Source: a candidate division WOR-3 bacterium (GTDB lineage: Bacteria; Hydrothermota; Hydrothermia; LBFQ01; DSFT01). From it: DNA of 18,575 nucleotides. A model generated the notes under the pieces. It saw only the letters and a list, made by a program, of their open reading frames with translations, was not told the origin of the DNA and did no database searches. Of this stretch, positions 17,644 to 18,575 are shown piece by piece. The DNA is taken from positions 1 through 18,575 of the forward strand of contig CBFGJN010000038.1 of the NCBI GenBank assembly GCA_965649115.1, written 5' to 3'. The position numbers and the translations under genes are program-made. How positions within the stretch are numbered: position 1 is the first letter of the stretch; every line of letters begins with the position of its first letter.

Positions 17644-18429
17644 ATGAAGAAATTGAAAGTTTTAGCAATTGGTGATGTTTATGGTAAGCCCGGTAGAGAT
17701 ATTTTAGAAAAATTCATTGTTGATTTAAGGAAAAAATATAATCCAACAATAATTATTGTGAATGCTGAAAATTCTGCTCATGGAAGAGGAATTACACCTA
17801 AAATTTATGAACAATTTATTTCTTTTGGTATTGATGTTATAACACTTGGTAATCATGCTTTTGATGAGGAAAAAGTTTTGGAAATTGTTGAAAAACCTGA
17901 ATTATTAATTCCTTATAATTATCCCGAAGGGACACCAGGAAGGAAAATTTTTGAATTTGAATTTGAGGGTAGAAAAGTTAAAATTTTGACTTTACTTGGA
18001 AGGTTATTTATGGATGAAAGGGTAGATGATCCTTTTAGAAAAGCAATAGAATTATATAATCAAGACCCTGAAAGTATATACATTTTAGAATTTCACGCAG
18101 AAGCAACAAGCGAAAAAATGGCATTAGGTTTATTCTTAGATGGAAAGTATTCGCTTGTTTTTGGAACACATACGCATGTTCAAACAGCAGATGAGAGAAT
18201 TTTTCCAAAAGGTACAGCATATATTACAGATATTGGAATGACAGGAGGGCACTTTTCTGTAATAGGAGCGGATTACAATGTTATAATAGAAAAATTTCTT
18301 TATCCTCATATAAAAAGAAAGGCAGAACCATCATTTTTGGATTTGAGAATTCAAGGAATATATTGTGAAATTGATATTTCTAATAAAAAAGCGGTTTATA
18401 TTGAAAGATTTTCTATAAAGAATTTTTAA
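17644..18429 (+). CDS. ymdB: TIGR00282/YmdB-family metallophosphoesterase
   Basis: IGDV.G.PGR, NAEN.A.G.G, TLGNH, FHAEATSEK, GTHTHVQTADE, TD.GMTG. Confidence 0.9.
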   Translation: MKKLKVLAIGDVYGKPGRDILEKFIVDLRKKYNPTIIIVNAENSAHGRGITPKIYEQFISFGIDVITLGNHAFDEEKVLEIVEKPELLIPYNYPEGTPGRKIFEFEFEGRKVKILTLLGRLFMDERVDDPFRKAIELYNQDPESIYILEFHAEATSEKMALGLFLDGKYSLVFGTHTHVQTADERIFPKGTAYITDIGMTGGHFSVIGADYNVIIEKFLYPHIKRKAEPSFLDLRIQGIYCEIDISNKKAVYIERFSIKNF

Positions 18430-18450
18430 TATAATTTTCCAATTTTTTAT

Positions 18451-18575
18451 TGCTTTGTCCAATAAATAATGTCAAGGGGGGTTTAGGGGTTAAGAATTTA
18501 GGATTTAAAATTTTGGAATGGGGAAGGTAAATTGGCAAGAATATAACAAGGAATTGGTAAGGAGGGGTGAAATAT
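18451..18575 (-). mobile_element. MITE-like element copy 5 (inverted, cut by window end)
   Basis: Begins TGCTTTGTCCAATAAAT (reverse complement of the right TIR), followed by G6/G4 tracts mirroring the C tracts of copies 1 and 4; the rest is divergent. Confidence 0.6.

Noticed and set aside
9694..18220. Short antisense or nested ORFs 9694, 11189, 11571, 13072, 14590 and 18035
   Set aside because: They overlap confident genes and have no motifs or start signals.

Overview
Very AT-rich window from a diderm bacterium (LptE, Wza-like, TolC remnant, CcmF); the K/E/I-rich proteins suggest a thermophile, but the lineage cannot be determined from this sequence alone. Genes: a broken membrane glycosyltransferase-like gene, copA, accC, a stand-alone PqqD/RRE protein, a Wza/SLBB-like protein, ccmF, a GT4, a novel lipoprotein, a DegT aminotransferase, a reduced YchF, a nucleotidyltransferase plus an unannotated 44-aa partner, lptE, an apparently inactive RlmD-like protein, a TPR protein and a YmdB-like phosphoesterase. 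Three non-obvious systems stand out. (1) A family of ~155-225 bp miniature inverted-repeat elements (5 copies) fills every large intergenic gap and both window ends; it has 17-bp TIRs, a likely 9-bp target duplication, GCGAAGC mini-hairpins and 25-bp IHF-like dyads. (2) A conserved (C/G)CTTTAAA(A/C)TTT motif, whose TAAA(A/C)T core ends 6-10 nt before ten start codons, implies leaderless or near-leaderless expression. (3) Three predicted exported proteins have ultra-short (~7 aa) uncharged N-terminal signals.
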